The notes beneath the pieces were generated by a model. The model was not told the origin of the DNA, made no database searches, and worked only from the letters and a program-made list of their open reading frames with translations. DNA of 64,000 nucleotides from Methanosarcina sp. GTDB lineage: Archaea > Halobacteriota > Methanosarcinia > Methanosarcinales > Methanosarcinaceae. A program made the translations under genes and the position numbers. The stretch is taken from the NCBI RefSeq assembly GCF_049706645.1, contig NZ_JBNAKP010000019.1, forward strand, positions 153-64,152, given 5' to 3'. Below are positions 29,258-38,918 of the stretch, piece by piece; within the stretch, counting starts at the first letter, position 1; every line of letters starts with the position of its first letter.

Positions 29258-30166
29258 TTACTGTGAAAGCAACTGTGTTTCATTAAGTAAGCTTCCGAAG
29301 TCGGAGGTTATTATCAGTTTGGTAGTATCTCCTGCGGTAGTTACGTTATAGGTTACTCCGCGCTCGGTGGAGTTCGCCTGCAAAGTCTGGATCTTTTCAG
29401 TGAATTCGGGTTCCGGACTGAGGTAAAGGGATGTCTGACTGTAACTGCCGTCATCCATTTTTTTAAGTTCCCTGTAGAGCTGATCGGCCGGGATGTCAGT
29501 GGAATTTGTCCTGGTGACTACTTCCTGGTAAATGCTTCCTTCCGGATTCGCCTGGGTCAGGAGGCTATCGTACTCGGTTGTAGCAGTTGCGTTTCCTTCC
29601 AGCACATCAATTACATCTTCCACGCTCTGGCGGGGACCAAGGATTACAGGGCTTCCGACTACATTCCAGACATCATAGGTATTGTTTGTCCTTGCAAGGA
29701 GGTAGTATCCATTGTACGGGACTGTTCCCCAGGGCATAAGGATTTTCTGTTCCGGAATCTGGTGGAGTTCGAACCCGTTTCCGTCAGCATAACCTGCACC
29801 GTAGCGTTTCGTTACATCTGCCCCATATAGGGAGTCCATTGTTTTTACATTCCCAAGGACTTGTTCAAATGGTGTTCCTGTAGTTCTTTGCAGGTCTACG
29901 TATGTTGCACTTATTACCCCTTCAGGGGACATGTTCAACCCGTCGGCAATGGAATTGAATTCATGGCGAACCTGCTTGCCAGGAATTTGAGAAAAAGAGA
30001 TTGTAAGATTTTCCTCTCCGTTCTCTGTAGCGGAAACATCATTGTTGCTATCTGTATTAGAGTCGTCTGTAAAGAAGATCATGAAGACTGACAGAAACAT
30101 TGTTAATGCCAAAAAAATAGCCAGATATTTCTGGTTTTTTGTTGCTGGGTCCTTTCGTTTCATCAA
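29258..30166 (-). CDS. Membrane-anchored or secreted protein of unknown function
   Basis: Basic N-terminus, hydrophobic helix (YLAIFLALTMFLSVFMIFF), then a polar T/N/D-rich domain; 302-aa ORF. Confidence 0.75.
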   Translation of the reverse strand: MMKRKDPATKNQKYLAIFLALTMFLSVFMIFFTDDSNTDSNNDVSATENGEENLTISFSQIPGKQVRHEFNSIADGLNMSPEGVISATYVDLQRTTGTPFEQVLGNVKTMDSLYGADVTKRYGAGYADGNGFELHQIPEQKILMPWGTVPYNGYYLLARTNNTYDVWNVVGSPVILGPRQSVEDVIDVLEGNATATTEYDSLLTQANPEGSIYQEVVTRTNSTDIPADQLYRELKKMDDGSYSQTSLYLSPEPEFTEKIQTLQANSTERGVTYNVTTAGDTTKLIITSDFGSLLNETQLLSQ

Positions 30167-30222
30167 TGAAACCTCATAGCGTAAAGTTAGTTTTTCTGAT
30201 AGTAGAGATCATGCACTTGATA

Positions 30223-30298
30223 TCTAAATATTGTCTAAATATATTGTTTAAATATCTCGTTTAAATATCTCGTTTAAATATATTGTCTAAATATATTG
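30223..30298. repeat. 13-bp tandem repeat x6 of TATA-like units
   Basis: T(C/T)TAAATAT(ATT/CTC)G units at 30223 (short), 30234, 30247, 30260, 30273 and 30286. Confidence 0.8.
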
Positions 30299-30409
30299 GT
30301 TTGATAAGAAGCTTTTCTAATGTTTTCTCCTGAAACCGGGTACTGAATCTCAGACCGGTAATCGGGTTTAAACTAAAATCGTTTGCCCTTAGCACATCTG
30401 CCGCCTTTT

Positions 30410-31843
30410 TCATTCAAGGGTGAGAATCTTAAGCATGTTTGTGCCGCCGGGTTTTCCTAAAGAAGGACCCTGGGTGAAAATAACGATATCTCCGCTTTTT
30501 ACAAATCCCAGTGCTTTGGCTTTTTCCGTAGTCTCTTTTTCCCAGCTCTCAATTGTTTCTTTTACAACAACAGGATAAACACCATAGGATAGAGAAAGGA
30601 ACCCGCAGGTTCTCGGGACGCGGCTGAAAGCAAGAATCCAGGTATCGGGCTTGAAGCGTGAAATCCTGCGGGGGGTTGCTCCGCTTCTTGTGGGGGTCAG
30701 TACGGCTGCAACCGGCAACTTCTGCAGGGCTTCATGCACCTGGAGAGTTATTACCTCATCCACTGACATCTCCCTTGCCGTTATACCCTTGATAATAGTA
30801 TCAAGGCCCCATTTTGTCCGGGAGCGCCAGTTTTCTGTGGTTTTTGCAATTTTTGACATCATCTCAACGGCTTCCACAGGATAATTGCCAACCGCTGTCT
30901 CTTCCGAAAGCATGACCGCATCCGTGCCATCAAGGATTGCATTGGCAACATCGGTCGCCTCTGCTCGGGTAGGCCTTATATTGTCAGTCATTGAAGCCAG
31001 CATTTGAGTGGCTGTAATTACCGGAATTCCAAGAAGTTTCGCGCTCTGGATAAGTTCTTTCTGGACTGAGGGAACTTCCTGAATAGGAATTTCGACTCCT
31101 AGGTCTCCTCTGGCGACCATGAGGGCATCGGTTTCTTTTAGAATCTCCTGAATATTCTCTACAGCCTGCCTGCGCTCGATTTTAGCAACGATATATACTG
31201 ACTTTCCTCTGGCTGCAGCAAAACTCCGGACCTTACGAATGTCCTCTGCACTCTCTATGAAAGAAATGCTGACAGTATCAATCTCCTCACTCAGGGCAAA
31301 CTCAAGGATCTTGAAGTCCTTTTCCGTCACAGGGTCAAGGAAAATCTTTGCCCCTGGCAGGTTCAACCCTTTTTGAGAATAAAGCTGTCCTCCGATAATA
31401 ACCTCGCAAAGCACATCTTTTCCCGAAACCTCCAGGCAGCGAAGCTGTATAAATCCGTCACTTAAGTAAATAATGCTCCCCGGAACCACGCTTTCCGGAA
31501 GCTGCCTGTAGTTTACGGGAATTCGTTTCTCATTTCCGGGAGTCTCGTCAACCGTAAGGGTCACAAAGTTTCCTTTGTGAAGCATGATCGGTTCTTTTTC
31601 CAGCTTCCCGATGCGGATCTTTGGGCCTGGCAGGTCTGCAAGAATCGCAACTGTCCTGTCAAGATCCGCTGCGACCTTGCGGACTCTCCGGATTACTTCT
31701 CTATGGCTTTCGAAGTCCCCGTGGGAAAAATTGATCCTTGCAACATTCATGCCAGTAAGCATAAGTTCCCTGATCACTTCCTCGGAAGAGGAAGCCGGGC
31801 CTATGGTACAGACAATCTTTGTCTTATGGTCCGGAATTTGCAT
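30410..31843 (-). CDS. pyk: Pyruvate kinase
   Basis: TKIVCTIGPAS, ARINFSHG, ADLPGPKIR, AKIE, MVARGDLGVE, ATQML, NAILDGTDAVMLSEETA; start at ATG 31843. Confidence 0.97.
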   Translation of the reverse strand: MQIPDHKTKIVCTIGPASSSEEVIRELMLTGMNVARINFSHGDFESHREVIRRVRKVAADLDRTVAILADLPGPKIRIGKLEKEPIMLHKGNFVTLTVDETPGNEKRIPVNYRQLPESVVPGSIIYLSDGFIQLRCLEVSGKDVLCEVIIGGQLYSQKGLNLPGAKIFLDPVTEKDFKILEFALSEEIDTVSISFIESAEDIRKVRSFAAARGKSVYIVAKIERRQAVENIQEILKETDALMVARGDLGVEIPIQEVPSVQKELIQSAKLLGIPVITATQMLASMTDNIRPTRAEATDVANAILDGTDAVMLSEETAVGNYPVEAVEMMSKIAKTTENWRSRTKWGLDTIIKGITAREMSVDEVITLQVHEALQKLPVAAVLTPTRSGATPRRISRFKPDTWILAFSRVPRTCGFLSLSYGVYPVVVKETIESWEKETTEKAKALGFVKSGDIVIFTQGPSLGKPGGTNMLKILTLE

Positions 31844-31919
31844 ATTTACACAGCCTTTAACGCTCAACTTTTGATCAATGCCGCCTTCATACCCCTAATC
31901 AGGTCTTCTGCAGGCTTTT

Positions 31920-32843
31920 TTATTTGTCTTTGTATATTTTAAGGGCAGCGTCGACGCTTGAGTCCTCAACAGTTACTGCATAGACAGCGTTGCACATGCG
32001 GACAGCCTCATCCAGAGGCTTCTGGTGAATATTTCTTCCGGTTGCATTCCCCTGGGCTCCGGAGATGTGGATCTGGTCATAGAGCTTTTTCAGGAAAGTT
32101 TCAGCTTCGTCACTTGTGCCGCCTGCGCAAACCACTCTGGTACGCCCTGCGGCTTTGATGGCTTCCTTGAAGATCTCGGCAGATTTTGCCCCTTCCTTCT
32201 TCGGGTAATTGACCTTTACAAAATCCGTGCCAAGGCAGGCTCCGACTCCTGTTGCTCCTGCAATAAGGTGCGGGTCCTTTTCATCTTTTACAGCTTTACC
32301 ACGTGGATAGATCCAGAGTACGGACAACATGCCGTGCTGGTGAGCATCGTAAATTATTTGAGCGGCCTGCACAAGCATTTCGGCTTCGAACTCACTGCCA
32401 AGATAGATTGTATATCCTACCCCAAGAATCTTAAGCCCGCTATTTTCTTTAAATTCAACGACCTGGTCAACATCGTACCAGAGGTTGCTGAAAGGATCAG
32501 CCTGTTCTGTCTCAACAAGGTTTGTTTTGGAGTTTACCTTTACAAGGTAGGGCACATCCCTATAGTCCATGCCGTAGCGTGCAATAAGCCCGAGCTGAGT
32601 TGCAAAAACTCCGATTTTTGCCTGGGCCGCTATCCTGAAAAGGTGTTCGGGATCAGCATCGTCTTCAGGCACTCCTTCTCCGTAAAAATCGTCATTGAGA
32701 TGCTCTACCTTCTGGTCGCCTGCAAAGAGCATTAGCCTGCCGGTTCCGCGGGTAATTTCCATATAATTATTCACATACGTCTCACGCATTGTTTTCGGGA
32801 CATCTAGAGGTACAATCACGTCCTCTTTATTAATTGAAACCAT
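31920..32843 (-). CDS. Class I (DhnA-type) fructose-bisphosphate aldolase
   Basis: FAGDQKVEH, VLWIYPRG, GTDFVKVNYP (Schiff-base Lys), AGG, GNATGRNIHQ; upstream of pyk. Confidence 0.88.
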   Translation of the reverse strand: MVSINKEDVIVPLDVPKTMRETYVNNYMEITRGTGRLMLFAGDQKVEHLNDDFYGEGVPEDDADPEHLFRIAAQAKIGVFATQLGLIARYGMDYRDVPYLVKVNSKTNLVETEQADPFSNLWYDVDQVVEFKENSGLKILGVGYTIYLGSEFEAEMLVQAAQIIYDAHQHGMLSVLWIYPRGKAVKDEKDPHLIAGATGVGACLGTDFVKVNYPKKEGAKSAEIFKEAIKAAGRTRVVCAGGTSDEAETFLKKLYDQIHISGAQGNATGRNIHQKPLDEAVRMCNAVYAVTVEDSSVDAALKIYKDK

Positions 32844-33285
32844 ATGTATAAACCTCAGTTTTATTCGATGGCAATTAGTTGGATGGTAGTAATACTGTGA
32901 AACTGTATTTATCTATAATCCTTCTTACTACCTTATCCTTCTCTGAACATTTATAATTTTTCCACCCAGTATTGACAGGTTTGTTCAGGAATCGCATTTT
33001 TTAATACTCTCCTGAAACTTCTGACTCCCCTTGTATGTTTATAAAAACTATACAATTAAAAACTGGTATGTTCCGAAAACTTAAAAATTTAATCAATAGG
33101 CAGGTTACGGTAAAATCAACATAAAAACAAGTTCAGGCCAAATAAACCTGAAGCGGACAGGTTAAATAGAACCTGAAGCAGGTTCAGTCAAATAAGCTCT
33201 AAAATTCCTTTTCCAGGGGGCAGAAAGCAAAAACAGCCCGAAAATAATATGATTGGTGTAGAGAATCACAAAATAGAAGAATTTA

Positions 33286-33358
33286 CGCCGCTTGCAGGGC
33301 TCGAACCTACGACATTCTGGTTAACAGCCAGACACTCTACCAACTGAGTTAAAGCGGC
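33286..33358 (-). tRNA. tRNA-Asn(GTT), copy 2
   Basis: GCCGCTTTAACTCAGTTGGTAGAG...CTGTTAA...GGTTCGAGCCCTGCAAGCGGCG; full cloverleaf, no encoded CCA. Confidence 0.97.
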
Positions 33359-33433
33359 TCTCTGACGGGAAAGCGGTTCTTGGTCTTACCCTCGAATCTT
33401 CTTATACAAGAGATTCTTTGGATATAAAGTTTA

Positions 33434-33508
33434 TGGGCCTGACCGGATTTGAACCGGTGACCGCTCGGTTATGAGCCGAGCGCTCTAACCTGACTGAGCT
33501 ACAGGCCC
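33434..33508 (-). tRNA. tRNA with CAT anticodon, most likely tRNA-Ile2 (agmatidine)
   Basis: GGGCCTGTAGCTCAGTCAGGTTAGAGCGCTCGGCTCATAACCGAG...GGTTCAAATCC...GGCCCA. The GGGCC acceptor stem and CTCGG/CCGAG anticodon stem resemble archaeal Ile2 rather than Met tRNAs. Confidence 0.9.
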
Positions 33509-33619
33509 TTATTGATTTTATAAAGCTATTAATAGCTTTTAGTATGGCTTTAATAATAAAGTTTTTGCACATGTATTTTTCTATTCCGGAAAGAGTAGTA
33601 AAAAAATGCAAAATTTTTA

Positions 33620-33692
33620 CGCCGCTTGCAGGGCTCGAACCTACGACATTCTGGTTAACAGCCAGACACTCTACCAACTGAGTTAAAGCGGC
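33620..33692 (-). tRNA. tRNA-Asn(GTT), copy 1
   Basis: Sequence identical to 33286-33358. Confidence 0.97.
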
Positions 33693-33756
33693 TTACGTTA
33701 TCGGATGTGCCCGTTTTGCCCACCCTATCGCGAACACTCCTAAAGCGATAATGTTA

Positions 33757-33770
33757 TTTATATATTTCGC
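33757..33770 (-). promoter_or_regulatory. BRE/TATA promoter of the tRNA operon
   Basis: Minus strand GCGAAA-TATATAAA, ~65 bp upstream of the first tRNA-Asn. Confidence 0.6.
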
Positions 33771-34663
33771 TTGGAACGGTTTTCACAACCATATATGCGC
33801 TGAAGAATCTGATAACGTGAGGGTCTTTAATCAGGGACAATACCGGCATGGCCAGCGTCGGTTTCTTCCAGCTTGCTCATTTTATTTTTCACTCACTTAT
33901 AGTCCATTCAACAAATATCTTTATTTGATTCCTATTCAATTTGTTATTTATTCGACTAATATTCTTCAGTTTCTATTGAATTAATATAATTAACTTAATA
34001 TATATTATGTTGACATTGATTATATCGATATTAATTAAACTGATTGTCGACACTAATTATCTCGATACTGATTAAACTGCCAACTACTTCTACTGCTTTT
34101 TTAAAGTATCTCACTGTGAGGCGTCCCTGTTCCACCAGAAGGTAGCCTTTTGCCTCTTACTCATATAAAAAATAATTCTTTTCGAGCCAAAACTTATATC
34201 CTTTCAGGAATAATATATTTGATTAGCTTGTTGTAACATTATGCAGCGAGGTCGGACAGGTCTGATTTTTAAGCAGTACGCTCGTTTAGCTTAAAATGCC
34301 TTTATCTGAGGCCCTGTCCGGGGGAATTAGTATATTACCAGTTAAAGGTCAAAAACGGCTTTTAAATGTAACTTCAAGGTTAGGGTCAGTTCTTTCCCGT
34401 ACTGATGGGTATCCTTTAAGATTCTTTGTATATTGTCAGGGTATCTTTTCGGTCCATGGGGTTTGACCGCCTGAATCTTGCAGTTTAAAAATGGAAACCA
34501 AGGGGGTTTATTTACGAAACGGCTAAAAATATGTCCAAAATGCCATGCTAAACTGAAAGTGAGCTCAGATGGAGAGACCCAGTACTGCAGCATTTGCAAG
34601 TACTGGACAAAAGTGGGTACTGCAAGACTCGATTCGATCATGATTTACGGATGAGGATTCTGA

Positions 34664-34885
34664 ATGGGGAATGCAAGTATTTCTATGTTTTGCAGTGTAT
34701 GCCAGACAAAGTTGAAACGCCAGGTCCTGGGTTCTAATGTTTTCTACTACTGCCGGAACTGTGGATGTGTGAGTTCGGAAGCATATTTATCAGGGGGGGT
34801 AGACGTCCTCCAATCCCAGAAACCGACATCTGTAAACAGGGCACCTTCGGCTTTAAGCCTTATGAATACGCCCGAATCGCTTTAA
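34664..34885 (+). CDS. Small zinc-ribbon-like protein
   Basis: CSVC-x16-CRNC; GAGGA RBS just upstream of the ATG (an internal ATG at MFC is an alternative start). Confidence 0.6.
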   Translation: MGNASISMFCSVCQTKLKRQVLGSNVFYYCRNCGCVSSEAYLSGGVDVLQSQKPTSVNRAPSALSLMNTPESL

Positions 34886-35268
34886 TTGAGACCTGACCTG
34901 GAAAAAGGAGTCTAGTGTTAGAAAAGTAGGAAAAATTAGCTTTTTAAAGAGCGACAATGGCTCATTAATTCGGTTTTTAATTTTTAATACTTTTTTATTT
35001 ACTTATTATGTTTTTATTTTTATGATATGGTTGTCTGTTTGTTATGTTTTATTCTATTTTCATTCTGTTTACTTATGTAGAATAGCTACCTTTTTTGTTG
35101 ATTAAAAATTCTATATGCTGCATGTGACTTTCTCAGCTAAAAAAGAGATAAAAAGTATGTTTAAAAAACCCTTTATTTGAAAAAGGAAAGGTAAGAATAA
35201 ACCGGTTTTGCTAAATAAATATAGTTTCTGTGTATAATTCCTGCAAGACCATTCGGAAAGCAGCTTTT

Positions 35269-36318
35269 TCAGTGCCCTGCTTTGAGCAGTTTGCATACAT
35301 TTTCTACTTCTGCCCTGAAATTGTCCTGGGTGATGCCATAAAGGCCTGCAAGGTACATGGCGCCGCCAGCTCCTGCGCCTTCCTTGATTGTGCCTGTTTC
35401 GTACCTGTGAAGCCCTTTGAGCTCGGACTTTCCAAATCCGGGATCTGCAACATAAACCACAGGTACACCAAGCGCTCTGGTAAGTTCGGTAAAGTTTGCG
35501 GACTTATCTTCCACAACATACCGGGTAGTGGCAATTGCCAGCTTTTCCGTATCGAAACCCAGGTGTTTGATCAGGGCATACACTGCTGCCATCTGGGTTC
35601 CGCCTGCAAGCACGACATTGACATCGGTATCCTGGAAGCCTGCAACAAGGCCTACAACAGCAGGCATCATCGGGTCTCCCATGCAGGCAATAGCCTTCAT
35701 AGGGTCATCCTTCAGGCAGCCAAAGGTCAGGCCTGAGGCTTTCATGCCTTCTTCGACAACCTGTTTCTTCAGTTCAAGGGGATTTTCATCGGCACTACTG
35801 CTAACATTTCCGTTATATCCAAGGGCCATTAAAACCCCCATCGCGGTTGTTGTGCCGCCTGGAATACTCTCTCCGATAACCACGTGGTCTACATGGTTCC
35901 TGAGCCTTCTGGCGAGAAACTTCGCCCGTTCGTAGATTCCCTGTACATCCCTGACTGCAATCGGTTCCCTGATATCTTCTCCGGGCCTGGCCTTCAGGTC
36001 GATGCACGGGACTTCCGGAGTTACGATAAGGCCGGAATTAATGAAGTGATAGGGAGCGTCCGTGAGCTTCAGTGCCGAACGGGTCATAATTGCAGGAGTT
36101 GGAGTGTCATATGGAGGTGTCATGGGGAGAACGGGCACGCTGATAATATTTCCTGTCTCCATAAGTTCCGCATCTCCTGCAGGCGTATAGTCCGTAAGTT
36201 CAGCCGTTTTTCCTGCGGCTGAAAGTTTCGGGATATGTGCGGTTTTGGTATTGGAAAGCACGCATAAAAACATTGGTCTTCTGGGTTTTCTGGTTACTTC
36301 CGGTTCGATCCAGGCCAT
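35269..36318 (-). CDS. cobT: Nicotinate-nucleotide-dependent phosphoribosyltransferase, archaeal CobT type
   Basis: [48 protein letters not shown]. Confidence 0.9.
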   Translation of the reverse strand: MAWIEPEVTRKPRRPMFLCVLSNTKTAHIPKLSAAGKTAELTDYTPAGDAELMETGNIISVPVLPMTPPYDTPTPAIMTRSALKLTDAPYHFINSGLIVTPEVPCIDLKARPGEDIREPIAVRDVQGIYERAKFLARRLRNHVDHVVIGESIPGGTTTAMGVLMALGYNGNVSSSADENPLELKKQVVEEGMKASGLTFGCLKDDPMKAIACMGDPMMPAVVGLVAGFQDTDVNVVLAGGTQMAAVYALIKHLGFDTEKLAIATTRYVVEDKSANFTELTRALGVPVVYVADPGFGKSELKGLHRYETGTIKEGAGAGGAMYLAGLYGITQDNFRAEVENVCKLLKAGH

Positions 36319-36426
36319 ATCGTATCTCCTTCATGCAAGCGTTGAGCCGCAACCGTTTCGCCGGTTGATCACGCCGTTAGGGTTGGGGATTATAAGCATT
36401 TCTCAATTACAGGCGTTCGCCGTTTT

Positions 36427-36569
36427 CGATCAAACCTTTTCGCAAAAAGTTTGCGTTGCACCGGTTGATCACGCCGTCACGCCGTTTTCGATCAAACCTT
36501 TTTTGAAAAGGTTTGCGATCAAGCCTTTTTTGAAAAGGTTTGCGATCAAGCCTTTTTTGAAAAGGCTTG
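36427..36569. repeat. Array of 27-bp palindromic repeats (one copy plus three tandem copies)
   Basis: CGATCAA(A/G)CCTTTTTTGAAAAGG(T/C)TTG at 36489, 36516 and 36543; degenerate copy at 36427; 10-3-10 inverted repeat within each unit. Confidence 0.85.
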
Positions 36570-36938
36570 TAATAAATGAATAGAATTCTTTCTGAAATCC
36601 AATGAGAATTCTTCAACTTACTATTTAATATTTATCCACAAACAAATATAATTTAACATTAATCAAGTTAACTTTACTTTATTTATGCTCCTTTTCGGAC
36701 TCAGCCGCACAACTGTGAATGAGCTTTTAATAAAGATCAGTTGAGCAACGCTTGGATATATCTGCATCCAACTGTCTCCAACTGCATCCCAACTAAATTC
36801 CTGATAATTTTGTTTTCAGGTTCGTTCAGGCTGTAAGGGACTGTATAGTGACCTGCATAGGATAAAAAAGAAAAGAATGAAAGCCGGAGCAGGTTTGGAG
36901 TAATCGGCTTTCCGGTTTGTGCTGAGTAGTTTTTAGTT

Positions 36939-38381
36939 TTAATATGTTCTTGCCACGTAGACGCGAGTTTCGGTTTCTCCGCCGCAGATCGGGCATTTTT
37001 CTTTCCTGTCCTTTTTCTGCTCCAGAGGAATTCCAAGGATTCCTGCACCTATTACCTCTTCCATAGCAAGTCCGCATTCCTTGTTTCCGCACCAGGGGAT
37101 TGTCGCAACACCTTCCTGGATTTTTTCCTTTACCTCTTCAAGTTCCATGCATTCAAATATGTGGTTTTCAAGTTCGGTTTTCGCTTTTTGATAGAGGTTC
37201 TCATGGATTGCTTCAAACCTTGAGCTCACGCCGGTCTCGATCTCAGGGAGCGGGATCTGTTCTTTTTCTCCGTTATCTCTTCTGACAGCCACAGCAACAT
37301 TATTTTGCAGGTCTCTGGGCCCGATTTCAAGCCTCAGGGGTACGCCTTTCATTTCCCATTTGTAATACTTTGCTCCGGGGCGGAGATCACTTGCATCTAT
37401 TTCGACTCTGATGCCGGCTTTCTTCAGGCGTTCCTGCACATCCCTGCAGGCTGTAAGCACCTCTTCTGCTCCTTTCTTAAAGATAATCGGGATAATTACA
37501 ACCTGTACAGGTGCGATCTCCGGAGGCAAAACCAGCCCTTTGTCGTCTCCGTGGATGGAAATTGTAGCTGCAATCGATCTCTCTGAAATCCCGTAGCAGG
37601 TCTGGTGGGCATAACGCTGTTCTCCATCAGGGGCTTCATACTTAATGTCAAAAGTCTTTGCAAAATTATCCCCCAGATGGTGGGCCGTACCTATCTGAAG
37701 GGTCTTTCCGTCAGGCATAATAGCATCAATAGCATCGGTGTAATCTGCGCCCGGGAATTTATCCCAGTCAGGTCTTCTTGACCTGAGCACAGGGACTGCA
37801 AGCCTGCGGTATATCTCGGTATAGAGCCTGACAGCTTCCTTAACCTGAGCCTCTGCATCTTCCCAGGTAGCGTGCACGGTATGGGCTTCTTTAAAGGAAG
37901 TAATCTCTCTGAGCCTTATCAGAGGACGCGTATGTTTTGTCTCGTAACGGAAAGTGTTGACTATCTGATAGAGTTTGACAGGGAAATCCGCATGGGACCT
38001 GACCCACATTTTGTACATCGGGTAAATGGCAGTCTCACTTGTTGGGCGAAGGGCCAGAGGGATATCAAGCGGATCTCTTCCTCCGTGGGTTACCCAGTAA
38101 ACCTCGTTCTCAAAGCCTTTGATATGTTCGGCTTCTTTCATAAACTCATTTTCCGGGATAAGCAGCGGAAAGAGAGTTTCCTGGTGCCCGCTATTGTCAA
38201 GGATTTCCCTTATAATATTGTAAGTACTCCTGCGGATCGAAAAGCCGAAAGGGTACCAGACATAGAGTCCTTTCACAGGATAACGGACATCCATTATTTC
38301 GGCCATCCACAGGAGGTCGTTGTACCATTCGCTGAATTCCTCTTTTGGAGGGAGTGCTGCTTCTTTTTCGCTTTCTGCCAT
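36939..38381 (-). CDS. proS: Prolyl-tRNA synthetase (archaeal/eukaryotic type)
   Basis: [51 protein letters not shown]; C-terminal Zn-binding domain. Confidence 0.97.
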   Translation of the reverse strand: MAESEKEAALPPKEEFSEWYNDLLWMAEIMDVRYPVKGLYVWYPFGFSIRRSTYNIIREILDNSGHQETLFPLLIPENEFMKEAEHIKGFENEVYWVTHGGRDPLDIPLALRPTSETAIYPMYKMWVRSHADFPVKLYQIVNTFRYETKHTRPLIRLREITSFKEAHTVHATWEDAEAQVKEAVRLYTEIYRRLAVPVLRSRRPDWDKFPGADYTDAIDAIMPDGKTLQIGTAHHLGDNFAKTFDIKYEAPDGEQRYAHQTCYGISERSIAATISIHGDDKGLVLPPEIAPVQVVIIPIIFKKGAEEVLTACRDVQERLKKAGIRVEIDASDLRPGAKYYKWEMKGVPLRLEIGPRDLQNNVAVAVRRDNGEKEQIPLPEIETGVSSRFEAIHENLYQKAKTELENHIFECMELEEVKEKIQEGVATIPWCGNKECGLAMEEVIGAGILGIPLEQKKDRKEKCPICGGETETRVYVARTY

Positions 38382-38432
38382 ACCTTCACCGTATTATCGC
38401 AATCTGAAATAACTCTTAAATAGCTTAATTGG

Positions 38433-38590
38433 TCAAATAAATATTAAATTTATCAAATAAATATTAAATTTATCAAATAAATCTTAAACTTATCTAATAA
38501 ATTATTAAGTTCATAAATTCTTAAATTAATTTAATGAATTCTTAAATTAGTGAACTGAATTCCTGAAATAGTTAAATAAATCTTAAATTA
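38433..38590. repeat. 20-bp AT-rich tandem repeat upstream of proS
   Basis: TCAAATAAATATTAAATTTA at 38433 and 38453, a near copy at 38473, then degenerating copies. Confidence 0.75.
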
Positions 38591-38918
38591 ACCGAGTTTT
38601 TAGGGGAACTTATTCCGGCATCACACCTGAGTCCTGATTTTAATCTTCCTGATTAAACGCACAGTTCACGGGGTAATTAAGGGCTTGCTCTCAGACAGGC
38701 ACGTTATCCTGAAACCGCTCTTTTTCTCCGGAGATTCTATAAAAAGGTTTTCCGGGCTGTCATATCTTGAAATATACGGCTCCTGAGGTATATGGCATCC
38801 TGAAGTGAAATTGCCCGAATAACCTGCAATATGTCTGCCTTTATTGGAATAAAAGTTAATAACTATATTGGAAGTATGCCCCTGGAATTCTCAGGCTGTG
38901 AAAAATCGGAAAAAAGAA

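Noticed and set aside
33402-33677. 91-aa ORF
   Set aside because: It is a translation through the tRNA-Asn and tRNA-Ile2 genes.
33286-33692. Prophage or integrative element bounded by tRNA att sites
   Set aside because: Both tRNA-Asn copies are full length, enclose only a tRNA and spacers, and no integrase is nearby.
34342-34641. 99-aa minus-strand ORF
   Set aside because: No recognisable motif or clear RBS; cannot be supported from sequence alone.
36319-36430. Canonical cobalamin riboswitch before cobT
   Set aside because: No B12 box or conserved core is visible; kept only as a generic structured leader.
36427-36569. CRISPR array
   Set aside because: The three main units abut with no unique spacers, and no cas genes or leader are present.
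36245-36616. ORFs with repeated peptides (KPFLKRFAI / KPFQKRLDR)
   Set aside because: They are translations of the 27-bp DNA palindromes on both strands, with no RBS or family features.
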